A stretch of DNA of 64,000 bases from an uncultured Chitinophagales bacterium (GTDB lineage: Bacteria > Bacteroidota > Ignavibacteria > UBA10030 > F1-140-MAGs086), in NCBI GenBank assembly GCA_964358705.1, contig CAYHPL010000002.1, forward strand, positions 173,017 through 237,016, in the 5' to 3' direction. This document shows, piece by piece, positions 29,178-37,905 of this stretch; position 1 is the stretch's first letter, and each line of letters begins with the position of its first letter. Under the pieces are notes generated by a model. The model searched no databases, was not told where the DNA came from, and was given only the letters and a program-made list of their open reading frames with translations. Made by a program: the position numbers and the translations under genes.

Positions 29178-32100
29178 TTACGGTAAATTTTCCCACTGCC
29201 AGCTTGCGTATGGTCGCAATGCATATACTCCTGCATTTACACCGCTTTCTACCGGATACCAATATGTGCCGTTCCATCTTGCAACATACGAAATCGTGTT
29301 TCCATTAGCGGTAGTAAATAAACCTCCTGCATATAATTCATTTTGAAAAACTGACAAAGTCCAAACACTATTGTTCATTCCAGTTCCAACTGAAGACCAA
29401 TCAATGCCATCATACCGTGCGATATGATTTAAAGTAACACTGCCGGAATTTTCAAATTCGCCGCCTGCAAATATCTGATTATTAAAATTCGTGAATGACC
29501 AAACAATCTGGTCAACTCCAGAGCCAACAGCGGACCAAACATTTCCATTCCATTTTGCTATTCTTTTCATTTCGTTGCCGGCTACATTTAGAAAATTTCC
29601 TCCCACATATAATTCATTATTAAAAACGGAAAGTGTGGTAACTGTTCCATCAATTCCACCGGGCACTGCAGACCACGAAGTTCCGTTCCATTTGGCTAAA
29701 TAATTTGCAGCAATTCCTCCTGCTGTTGTAAATGCGCCGCCTGCATACAATTCATTTTCAAATACTGAAAGCGTGAGTACAGGATTATCGAATCCACCGC
29801 CGACTTGTTCCCAGTTGCTTCCATTCCATTTTGCGATGTAATTTACTGAATTTCCATCTGCAACGGTGAAATAACCGCAAGCATACAATTCATTGTTGTA
29901 TTGTGCAAAATTTCTTACTGTACTGTTCATTCCGATGCCAATTGAACTCCACGCAGTTCCATTCCATTTTGCAACGCGATATGCTTCGATGCCATTCACA
30001 CTTGTAAAATCACCTCCAAGGTACAATTCCTTTCCGCTTGAATACAATGCAAATACTGTTCCGCTTACTCCATTTCCTATCGGCTTCCATTCAATGCCGT
30101 TCCATCGTGCAATTCTTTTTGCATTCTGTCCTCCAGCTGTTAAAAATGCGCCGGCTGCAATAAGTTCGCTTGTATAAAATACTTTTACAGTATTTGAAAA
30201 TCCACTAACGCTTGATGCATTTTTTGCCCGTACTTTAAAATAGTACACGGATGATTGCAAATATGGTCCGAGTATTGCCACAGAATTAGCGTTGATGCCC
30301 ACATTTTGTATGTGTGTAAAATTTATTCCATCAATGCTTCTGAATATTTCAAAAACACTTTCATTTGCACTATTATCCTGCCATTGGAGAGTAACAATAT
30401 TATTACTAACGCTAGATATATTCAATAAAGAAGGTGCAGGAAAATTCGGTGTTGCATTGGAGATTTGAGAATATGCGCTCACATTGTAGTTTGAAATTGC
30501 CTGTATCCTGAACGAATAATTGAATACAGTAGAAAAACTTCCAGTGATAGATGCGCTGGTAGAATTTGCAGGGATAATTTGCAACACAGAGAAATTTATT
30601 CCGTCCGTGCTTTGCTCAATGGAAAATCCCGTTTCAAAATTACTTCGGTCTGTCCAATGTGCAGAAAAAATCGCTGTTGTAAATTCCGTAATTTGAAAAT
30701 TTGCCGGTGATGGAAATTGCAGGCGGATGGAATCCATATTTGCAAAACCGCTTTGAATATTTTCCTTTATTGCCTGTACGCGAAAATAGTACATCTGGTT
30801 TGTATAAAATGTATCCTGAATCGAAGCAACGGTACTATTTGCTTCCACGGATTTTATAAATGCAAAATGAACTCCATCAATGCTTTTTTGAATTTCAAAT
30901 GCTGTTTCATTTTGTGTTCTGTCTTGCCATTGTACAATTGCAATGCTTTCATTTATTGAGCTGATGCGTACATTTGATGGTGCAAGAAATACAAAACTTC
31001 CCTGCGCAACATTGGAATTGCCGCTGCTATTCATGCCATCCGATGCACGGATTCTGAAATGGTAAGTCGTGTTTGCGGAAAAATTTCCCGTTACAAATCC
31101 GCTTGTAGAATTTGCATTGTACGTCGCGGCTAATGAAAAAATATTGCCGTCATTGCTTGTGTCAATTTCAAATCCTGTTTCGATGGCGCTGTTATCAGTC
31201 CATTGCAATAATGCAACGCTGTCTGACATACCAAGCACTGCAAGATTTGATGGAGCAGGAAAAGAAGGTGAGCCGGAAGTTGTGTTTGTGTAATTACTGA
31301 CATTAAACAAGGAAACAGCACGCAGTCTGAAATAATAAATGGTATTAGCATTAAAGTTTCGTGCAATTGCAGCGGTTGTTGAATCTGCGCTAATAGTATC
31401 TATTGCAGTAAAATTTATTCCGTCAGTACTTTGCTCAATCTGAAAAAAAATTTCAAAACTGCTGTTATCCTGCCACTGTATATTTACTTGTTCCATCGTG
31501 ATTGAGTGTAAAAGCAGATTACTTGGCGCAGGAAATATCAGCGTTGAAAAAACTACATTGGAAAAATCACTCGCATTAGTGTTTGTTTTTGCCCGCACTT
31601 TGAAATAGTATGTTGTCGTCGTTAGATAATTTCCTGCAATAATAGTATTCGTAATATTTGCGCCCACATCTCCGATGTGAATAAAATTTGTACCATCGGT
31701 ACTTCTGTATATTTCAAATACTGTTTCAAACGCAGTATTATCAACCCACTGCAAACCAAACGTGTTTTCAGTAATAGAAGTAAATAGCAGATTTGAAGGC
31801 GGAGGAAATTGTACCATCGCTGTTGCAGTATTAGAATAACCGCTTGTTGTCGCACCGCTTACAGTTCTCATTCTAAAATAGTAGGGGAGTGCGGCAATAT
31901 AATTTCCGGGAATAACTGCAGAGGAAGTGTTTGGCTGCACTGATTGCACAAATGCAAAATTCATTCCGTCAAGACTGCGCTCAATTTCGTAGCCGGTTTC
32001 CGAAAAACTGTTATCAATCCACGAGAGAACAATATTCTGCTCTGTTGCAGATGTAACAATGACGTTTCCCGGAGGAGAAATTACTGCGCTCCCCACAACA

Positions 32101-35100
32101 TTATTTGAAAAACTGCTGAAATTATAGAGAGATTTTGCGCGCACGCGAAAAATATAATTTTCCCCAAGTGAAAAATTTCCGTGCACTGTTGTAGCAGTCG
32201 CATTCGGACCGATGCTATCAACAAGTGTAAAACCTCCGCCGCCACCGCTTTGTTCAATTTGAAATTGCGTTTCAAAATCACTGTTATCCTGCCATTGCAG
32301 CGCTGCGGTATTTTCTGTTAATGAAACGAGTGCGAGATTAGTTGGCTTCGGAAAAATGAGATTCGCAGTTGGAATATTGGAATAAAATCCAATGTTGTTT
32401 GCGTTGCGAGCGCGAACACGGAAATAGTACGAGCGCGTCGTGAGATACGGTCCCGACACACTTGCTTCTGTAATATTTGCGCCGACAGTATTTTGTAAAA
32501 CATAGTTAATGCCGTTTGAACTTTTTTCAACTTCAAATACTGTTTCATTTGTTGTATTATCAGTCCATATAAGATTTACAGAATGTTCCGTTATCAAACC
32601 AATCGCAAGGTCAGGCGCTGAAAAAATATTTGCAGGAATGATATTTGAATATTCACTGAAATTTAATTCTGTAAAAGCGCGCACGCGGTAATAATAAGTG
32701 ATGCTTTGCAAAAAATTATTGGCATCCTGATAAAACGTTGTATTCGGAGATAAAAATGCATTGAGTATTTCAAATGAAATTCCATCGGTACTTCTTTCTA
32801 AACTGTAACCCGATTCAAAATCACAATTATCCAACCATTGTAATTGTATTGTATCAGGAGAAGTGAACAGCACGCGCATATCTGTTGGAAACGGAAATGT
32901 AACAGTTGCGCTCGTATAGTTAGAGTACGGACTGGAAAGAATTCCTGCAGTAACACGGACACGGAAAAAATATGTTTCCGTCGTAAGATAGTCGCCGGGA
33001 ACATTTGCAACAGTTATATTCGGCGGCAACGTCATTATGCGTGTGTAGTTAATATTGTCGGTGCTGCGTTCTATAAAAGTAAATATTTCACTGTTGCAAT
33101 TATCTATCCATTGCAGCATCATCGAATGTTCTGTTGTTGAAGTTACCACCAAATCAGTTGGCTCAGGAAGTGCAATTTCCGTGTTGATTATATTTGAATA
33201 CGGACTTGCATTATTTTCAGTAACCGCGCGTACACGAAAGTAATAAATGGAATCATCAACAAATGTTCCGAGTATCATTGCGCTTCTTATATTTGCACCG
33301 ACTGTTTTCACCCACGAAAAATCAGAATCATTTACACCTTCTTCAATTTCAAATCCTGTTTCCGAGTTACTATTATCTGTCCATTGCACAATTGCAGAAT
33401 TGGAAGTAACAACGAGCAATTGCATATTTGATGGCGCGTTGAAAATAAATTTTCCGACAGCAATATTTGAATACGCGCTGTACCCATGCAATGACCGCGC
33501 GCGTACTCTGAAATAGTACGTTTGTGTTGTAAGAAAAATTCCGTGAACAGTATCAGTCGTCTTATTCGCTCCGACAGTATCCACCATAAAAAAATTCATA
33601 CTGTCTTCGCTTTCTTCAATATCAAACCCTAATTCATTGCTCGTACTATCTTCCCACACGAGTATCATAGTAGATTCTGTTACATCAGTTACCGCCACGT
33701 TTTTTGGCGGAGCAACAAACGGTGATTTTGATACGACATTAGAAAAATCGCTGGTATTATACAGAGAGCGCGCCTGTACGCGGAAATAATATTTTACTCC
33801 CGGAACAAAAATTGCAGAGACCGTTGAAATTGTAACATTGGCAATTGTGGAAAACAGCGTATTGTAATGTCCGCTGTCTCTGCTCATCTGAATATCAAAC
33901 GCTATTTCATTCAATGTATTATCATGCCACGAAAGCGTAACCTGTGTTTCTGAAAGTGAATCTACTCGTAAATTTGTAGGGCGTAAAAATTCAAAATACA
34001 CTGGCACGGCTGTTGAATACGGACTGGAATTTATTTCTCCAACCGCACGCACGCGAAAATAATAATTATATCTCCAATAGAAAGGTCCTGATATGATTGC
34101 ACCGGCTTCGTTTGCAGGAACTTGCGCGACAAGTGCGTACGTGTTTCCGCTGTCCAGACTTTGCTCTACTTCAAAACCTGTTTCAAAATATGTTTGGTCA
34201 TTCCATTGCAAGCGTAATTCTTCCTCATTGAAAACAAGAACAACAAGTTCTGTTGGTGCGTTAAACTGAAATGCAATAGAATCACTATTGGAATAACCGC
34301 TCACATTTATATCCGTAGTTGCGCGTAAGCGAAAATAGTAATTACTATCTGCAAGAAATTTTTCAAAATACATTCCATGCGTGGAATCTGGTTTAAAGAG
34401 TGCAACAGGAGCAAAAAATACATTATCAGAACTTTGCTCAAGAGTAAACCCTGTTTCAAAACTGCTGTTATCTTCCCATCGCACTTCAATAAATGTTTCT
34501 CCAAAAGAAATTATGCGTAAATTATTTGGCGCTGGGAAATCAAATGCAGTAGAATCAATATTAGAATATTCGCTCGTATTAATATTCGATTTTGCGCGTA
34601 TGCGAAAATAGTATGTCGAATCAGCAAAATAATTTCCCGCAATACCTATCTGATGTGTATCGCGCGGAGCAGTAACTACCTCTGTAAAATGAATTGCATC
34701 GGTGCTTTGCTCTATGGAAAAGATGGATTCAAAATCATTGTTGTCGCTCCAGCGCAAATGGACATTGTGTTCGGAAGATTCAGTAATTGTTAAATTGGTA
34801 GGCGCAGGAAAAGAGAGTGTGTTGCTGATGATGTTGGAATAGCCGCTTGCATTGTTTCCCGCTTTCACTCGTAGTCGGAAATAATATGTTGTGTCCTTGA
34901 AATTTTCAGTAGTAAAAGTTGCCTGCAGTGATTCTGCTTTTACTTTTGCAAAAAAAGAAAAATTTCTTCCATTTGTGCTGCGCTCGATTTCAAAATATGG
35001 CTTTGTATTGGGAAATGCGCGGAAATTATTTTCATTTTTCCATTCAAGCCGTATGTTCGTTTCTTTAAAATGCACCATTCGCAATTTCTTCGGCGATTTC

Positions 35101-35231
35101 AGTTGAACATCGGTATCTACCGGATTATTGTACTCTCTTTTTTTACAGGAAAGTTGCAGCAAAATAACTCCAACAAATACTGTAAAAAGCATTTGGCCAA
35201 AACAAAATATATATTTTGAGAATCGTTTCAT
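29178..35231 (-). CDS. Giant (2017-aa) cell-surface protein. It has about 19 tandem fibronectin-type-III-like repeats plus a C-terminal array of ~48-aa beta-propeller-like repeats. It has a lipoprotein-like signal peptide and no T9SS C-terminal domain.
   Basis: ~95-aa units recur with the pattern P.NL......(T/S)...L.W.DNS..E.GF.IE.S.DG..F...V.AN.T...I.G.....YYFRVRA.....S.YSN. The C-terminal repeats read AKWNG..W..(V/I)G.G....V..L..(F/Y).NELY.GG.FT.A(G/D)G. The N-terminus is MKRFSKYIFCFGQMLFTVFVGVILLQLSC. Confidence 0.85.
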   Translation of the reverse strand: MKRFSKYIFCFGQMLFTVFVGVILLQLSCKKREYNNPVDTDVQLKSPKKLRMVHFKETNIRLEWKNENNFRAFPNTKPYFEIERSTNGRNFSFFAKVKAESLQATFTTENFKDTTYYFRLRVKAGNNASGYSNIISNTLSFPAPTNLTITESSEHNVHLRWSDNNDFESIFSIEQSTDAIHFTEVVTAPRDTHQIGIAGNYFADSTYYFRIRAKSNINTSEYSNIDSTAFDFPAPNNLRIISFGETFIEVRWEDNSSFETGFTLEQSSDNVFFAPVALFKPDSTHGMYFEKFLADSNYYFRLRATTDINVSGYSNSDSIAFQFNAPTELVVLVFNEEELRLQWNDQTYFETGFEVEQSLDSGNTYALVAQVPANEAGAIISGPFYWRYNYYFRVRAVGEINSSPYSTAVPVYFEFLRPTNLRVDSLSETQVTLSWHDNTLNEIAFDIQMSRDSGHYNTLFSTIANVTISTVSAIFVPGVKYYFRVQARSLYNTSDFSNVVSKSPFVAPPKNVAVTDVTESTMILVWEDSTSNELGFDIEESEDSMNFFMVDTVGANKTTDTVHGIFLTTQTYYFRVRARSLHGYSAYSNIAVGKFIFNAPSNMQLLVVTSNSAIVQWTDNSNSETGFEIEEGVNDSDFSWVKTVGANIRSAMILGTFVDDSIYYFRVRAVTENNASPYSNIINTEIALPEPTDLVVTSTTEHSMMLQWIDNCNSEIFTFIERSTDNINYTRIMTLPPNITVANVPGDYLTTETYFFRVRVTAGILSSPYSNYTSATVTFPFPTDMRVLFTSPDTIQLQWLDNCDFESGYSLERSTDGISFEILNAFLSPNTTFYQDANNFLQSITYYYRVRAFTELNFSEYSNIIPANIFSAPDLAIGLITEHSVNLIWTDNTTNETVFEVEKSSNGINYVLQNTVGANITEASVSGPYLTTRSYYFRVRARNANNIGFYSNIPTANLIFPKPTNLALVSLTENTAALQWQDNSDFETQFQIEQSGGGGGFTLVDSIGPNATATTVHGNFSLGENYIFRVRAKSLYNFSSFSNNVVGSAVISPPGNVIVTSATEQNIVLSWIDNSFSETGYEIERSLDGMNFAFVQSVQPNTSSAVIPGNYIAALPYYFRMRTVSGATTSGYSNTATAMVQFPPPSNLLFTSITENTFGLQWVDNTAFETVFEIYRSTDGTNFIHIGDVGANITNTIIAGNYLTTTTYYFKVRAKTNTNASDFSNVVFSTLIFPAPSNLLLHSITMEQVNIQWQDNSSFEIFFQIEQSTDGINFTAIDTISADSTTAAIARNFNANTIYYFRLRAVSLFNVSNYTNTTSGSPSFPAPSNLAVLGMSDSVALLQWTDNSAIETGFEIDTSNDGNIFSLAATYNANSTSGFVTGNFSANTTYHFRIRASDGMNSSGNSNVAQGSFVFLAPSNVRISSINESIAIVQWQDRTQNETAFEIQKSIDGVHFAFIKSVEANSTVASIQDTFYTNQMYYFRVQAIKENIQSGFANMDSIRLQFPSPANFQITEFTTAIFSAHWTDRSNFETGFSIEQSTDGINFSVLQIIPANSTSASITGSFSTVFNYSFRIQAISNYNVSAYSQISNATPNFPAPSLLNISSVSNNIVTLQWQDNSANESVFEIFRSIDGINFTHIQNVGINANSVAILGPYLQSSVYYFKVRAKNASSVSGFSNTVKVFYTSELIAAGAFLTAGGQNAKRIARWNGIEWKPIGNGVSGTVFALYSSGKELYLGGDFTSVNGIEAYRVAKWNGTAWSSIGIGMNSTVRNFAQYNNELYACGYFTVADGNSVNYIAKWNGSNWEQVGGGFDNPVLTLSVFENELYAGGAFTTAGGIAANYLAKWNGTSWSAVPGGIDGTVTTLSVFNNELYVGGNFLNVAGNEMKRIAKWNGNVWSAVGSGVDQIVWSFTNFNNQIFAGGEFENSGSVTLNHIARYDGIDWSSVGTGMNNSVWTLSVFQNELYAGGLFTTANGNTISYVARWNGTYWYPVESGVNAGVYALRPYASWQWENLP

Positions 35232-35329
35232 TTGCAGTGATTATTTGCGTCAAAAATATACTTAAATAATCATTTCAATTTTAATGGAAAAAAGTAAATT
35301 TGAGACAACGAAAAAAGTCAGTAAAAAAA

Positions 35330-35405
35330 TTGTCTTTCCCGCTGACAATTCGGGAGAGGAATCTGCGATAAGAACGTAGATTTCGTGTTAAGCAAAGAAT
35401 GACAC
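35330..35405. repeat. Partial copy of the hairpin-rich repeat element. It matches 35613-35682.
   Basis: It has the same termini, TTGTCTTTCCCGC...GTGTTAAGCAAAGAATGACAC versus ...GTGTCAAGCAAGGAATGACAAT. Confidence 0.55.
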
Positions 35406-35518
35406 TACAATGCAAAGAGAAGCAGAGGCGATGTGAGATTTGTGATATGCGTTCTGCGATATGCTTTCCGGGAATTTTAGATTTTAGAAGTGAGATTTTA
35501 GATTGTTTTGTACAACTT

Positions 35519-35579
35519 CCTTTGCGTTACTCTGCGCTATCCTTTGCGTTACTCTGCGCTATCCTTTGCGGACTCTGCG
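35519..35579. repeat. 22-bp direct tandem repeat, about 2.7 copies (CCTTTGCGTTACTCTGCGCTAT)
   Basis: The copies are exact at 35519-35540 and 35541-35562, followed by a degenerate third. A related sequence occurs inverted at 56000-56045. Confidence 0.7.
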
Positions 35580-35612
35580 TTTAAGAAAGTTCGTTCTGAA
35601 CCGCACACCATA

Positions 35613-35682
35613 TTGTCTTTCCCGCGAAAGCGTGAATCTATGGTAATAACGTGGATTCCGTGTCAAGCAAGGAATGACAATG
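35613..35682. repeat. ~70-bp hairpin-rich repeat element with two inverted repeats (CCCGCGAAAGCG and ATTCCGTGTCAAGCAAGGAATGA)
   Basis: An inverted, near-identical copy lies at 55905-55975 (TTGTCATTCCGTGCTTGACACGGAATC ... ACCCGCTTGCGCGGGTAAGACAA). The flanking ~90 bp are also shared (35563-35612 versus 55976-56045). Confidence 0.7.
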
Positions 35683-35783
35683 CACCGAGAAGGCACACAA
35701 AGTATTTCGCAAAGGTACGCAAAGAGGGAAATGTCTGAATGTATGGCTTTCTCAAAAATAAAAAAGAGTGAAACATCTGTTTT

Positions 35784-35947
35784 ATACCATTTCCAAAAGT
35801 GGAAACAGGGCAAAACGTTTGGAGGATACCATTTCCAAAATTGGAAACAGGGCAAAACGTTTGGAGGATACCATTTCCAAAATTGGAAATAGGGCAAAAC
35901 GTTTGTTGGATGGCATTCCCAAAATTGGGAATAAGGCAAATAGTTCT
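35784..35947. repeat. 42-bp-period tandem array, 4 units. Each unit contains the palindrome TTTCCAAAATTGGAAA.
   Basis: The unit is ATACCATTTCCAAAATTGGAAACAGGGCAAAACGTTTGGAGG. It occurs at 35784, 35826 and 35868, with a degenerate fourth copy. There are no unique spacers. Confidence 0.85.
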
Positions 35948-35959
35948 ATTTCAGATGTC

Positions 35960-37114
35960 TCAATATGACATTGTATTTTGCACTTCCTCGACAGATATTT
36001 CTTTCATACATCGCGCATTGTACGGACAAACAAATGTTTTTGCATCGTAAATATTCATACATGGACTGCAGGAAATATTTTTATAAATCACTCTATTGCG
36101 CCCGCCAATCGGTCCGTAAAATTCCGGTGTCTCAGGTCCGAATAATGAAATCGTGCGCGTTCCCAGCGCTGAGGCAATGTGCAATGGTCCACTGTCATTT
36201 GTCAGTAGCAATGTTGCTCTGCGCAGCAATGCAAGTAATTCTCCAAACGTAAGTTTCCCTGCGACATTGAGTACGCTATTTTTGTTTATTGAAGTAACAA
36301 TGCTTTCCACATAATCAAATTCGTCGTTGCTTCCTGTAAAAAAATAGAGTGCAGTTTCATCATACGCTATTGATAGAAGTTCTGCAAATTTATCAGCATC
36401 CCAACGGCGTTCGAGAAAAGTATTTCCTGCGTTAACGTTTATACAAATGAGTGTCTTGTTTTTTATATCAATGCCAAAATGAGTTTTTATTGTGTATTCC
36501 AAAGAAATTTCATCGCTCTCCAAAATTTCCGGTGAAGAAAGTGCAATGGATGTTTTTTTCAATGTATCGCTTGTTACCTGTGAAAGAAACGCCTCTGCAA
36601 CGTGGTGAAGTTTATTGAGCGGCATCGGATGTGTAACGTGAAATTTTCTCCACTGTGTCGGAAGCGCAAATGCAAATCGTTGCGGTGCAGAAGTAAGCGC
36701 AGAAAGTAGTGTTGAAAATTTAGAAAAGAATTCAAAATCGAAAACGACATCGAATTTTTTATTTTTGCACTCGCGCAACGCAACAATTGTACCGCGGATA
36801 AAATCATCAAGTGTTGCTGTGGATATCGCTATAATAGAATCTATGAATGGCAGGCGTTTCAGTAATTCTTTTTGTGCATTGAAACTTATGAAAGTAATTG
36901 CTGCATTCGGAAAACGCTTATGGATTTCCCGCAATGCGGGAGTGAGAAGAATAATGCTTCCCATACCAAAAAATTTGATTACTAAAATTTGTTTTACATT
37001 TGCATCCGCAACAGCATATCTGCGCCTTTGAAATATCAGTCTCCAAATGCCGAGAAGCCAGCAAAGTGGAATTCCGGCGAAGCGGTCAAGAGCACGCATC
37101 AAACGCACAGTCAT
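35960..37114 (-). CDS. Glycosyltransferase family 9 (ADP-heptose:LPS heptosyltransferase-like)
   Basis: ILVIKFFGMGSIILLTPALREI, LICINVNAG and the C-terminal LLTNDSGPLHIASALGTRTISLFG are present. Confidence 0.85.
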   Translation of the reverse strand: MTVRLMRALDRFAGIPLCWLLGIWRLIFQRRRYAVADANVKQILVIKFFGMGSIILLTPALREIHKRFPNAAITFISFNAQKELLKRLPFIDSIIAISTATLDDFIRGTIVALRECKNKKFDVVFDFEFFSKFSTLLSALTSAPQRFAFALPTQWRKFHVTHPMPLNKLHHVAEAFLSQVTSDTLKKTSIALSSPEILESDEISLEYTIKTHFGIDIKNKTLICINVNAGNTFLERRWDADKFAELLSIAYDETALYFFTGSNDEFDYVESIVTSINKNSVLNVAGKLTFGELLALLRRATLLLTNDSGPLHIASALGTRTISLFGPETPEFYGPIGGRNRVIYKNISCSPCMNIYDAKTFVCPYNARCMKEISVEEVQNTMSY

Positions 37115-37899
37115 TGCTTTTGCAGGACAATTACAACGTGGTCGGAAAAATTATAGAGTGGAAAAGTATGCCGCCGTTCTTCTTCCCATTGCAAAAGTGT
37201 TGAGCATAATGCAGGATGACGTTCATAAAATCCCATCGCATTCGGATTCGGAGAAATGAAATTCAGCCCATAAATTTCACGGCAGAAAAATTCGCGGGAG
37301 GACATTCTGACGATGTCATTTGCAAAATAGTAATGGGTGCGGATTGTCTTTCCGAAAACATTTGCATCCGTTCCATTGCTTTGCACTCTGCGAAATGCAT
37401 CATGAATTTTTCCCTTGAGTAAAAATGCGAGAGTTTCCCACAGGCAGAATTTATTTAAAATGTTGAGAATAAAATATCCCTGCGGTTGAATGAGTGTTGC
37501 AATATTTTTCATTGTCGTCCGAATATCTGCTGCGCAATTTAATCCGCCGAAATTGGAAAGAACGCCGTCATAAATCATCGGGGAGAGCGATAAAATATTT
37601 TCAAAGGAAAGTTGCTGCGTGGAGATAAATTCCGAGAGATTTTCCTGCGAAATTTTTTCATTTGTTTTCTGAATCATTCCTTCCGAAGCATCTGTGGCGT
37701 GTACTTTCATTCCATTGCGTGCGAGAAAGAGTGCGTCTGTTCCGGTGCCGCAGTTTAATTCGAGTATGGAATTTCCATTTCTGAAATAATGCACCATTGT
37801 GTGTTGCACTGTTGCGCGGATTTTTTTTGTAATGGGATTACTTTCAAAATGCGTATCGTAATATTGCGCATACGAATCGAAAGGAGAGTGTGAATCCAT
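37111..37899 (-). CDS. Class I SAM-dependent methyltransferase
   Basis: Motif I is ILELNCGTGTDALFLARNGMKVHATDASEGM. It overlaps the GT9 gene by 4 nt. Confidence 0.8.
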   Translation of the reverse strand: MDSHSPFDSYAQYYDTHFESNPITKKIRATVQHTMVHYFRNGNSILELNCGTGTDALFLARNGMKVHATDASEGMIQKTNEKISQENLSEFISTQQLSFENILSLSPMIYDGVLSNFGGLNCAADIRTTMKNIATLIQPQGYFILNILNKFCLWETLAFLLKGKIHDAFRRVQSNGTDANVFGKTIRTHYYFANDIVRMSSREFFCREIYGLNFISPNPNAMGFYERHPALCSTLLQWEEERRHTFPLYNFSDHVVIVLQKQ

Positions 37900-37905
37900 A
37901 TCGTG

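Noticed and set aside
35784-35947. Possible CRISPR array (regular 42-bp periodicity with palindromic units)
   Set aside because: Units are directly adjacent with no unique spacers. No cas genes are nearby. The same applies to 55757-55867.
35559-36050. ORFs 35559..35939(-), 35674..35892(+), 35768..35968(+) and 35799..36050(+) with internally repetitive peptides
   Set aside because: They exist in several frames and strands only because the 42-bp tandem units happen to lack stops. Their repetitive translations mirror the DNA repeat.
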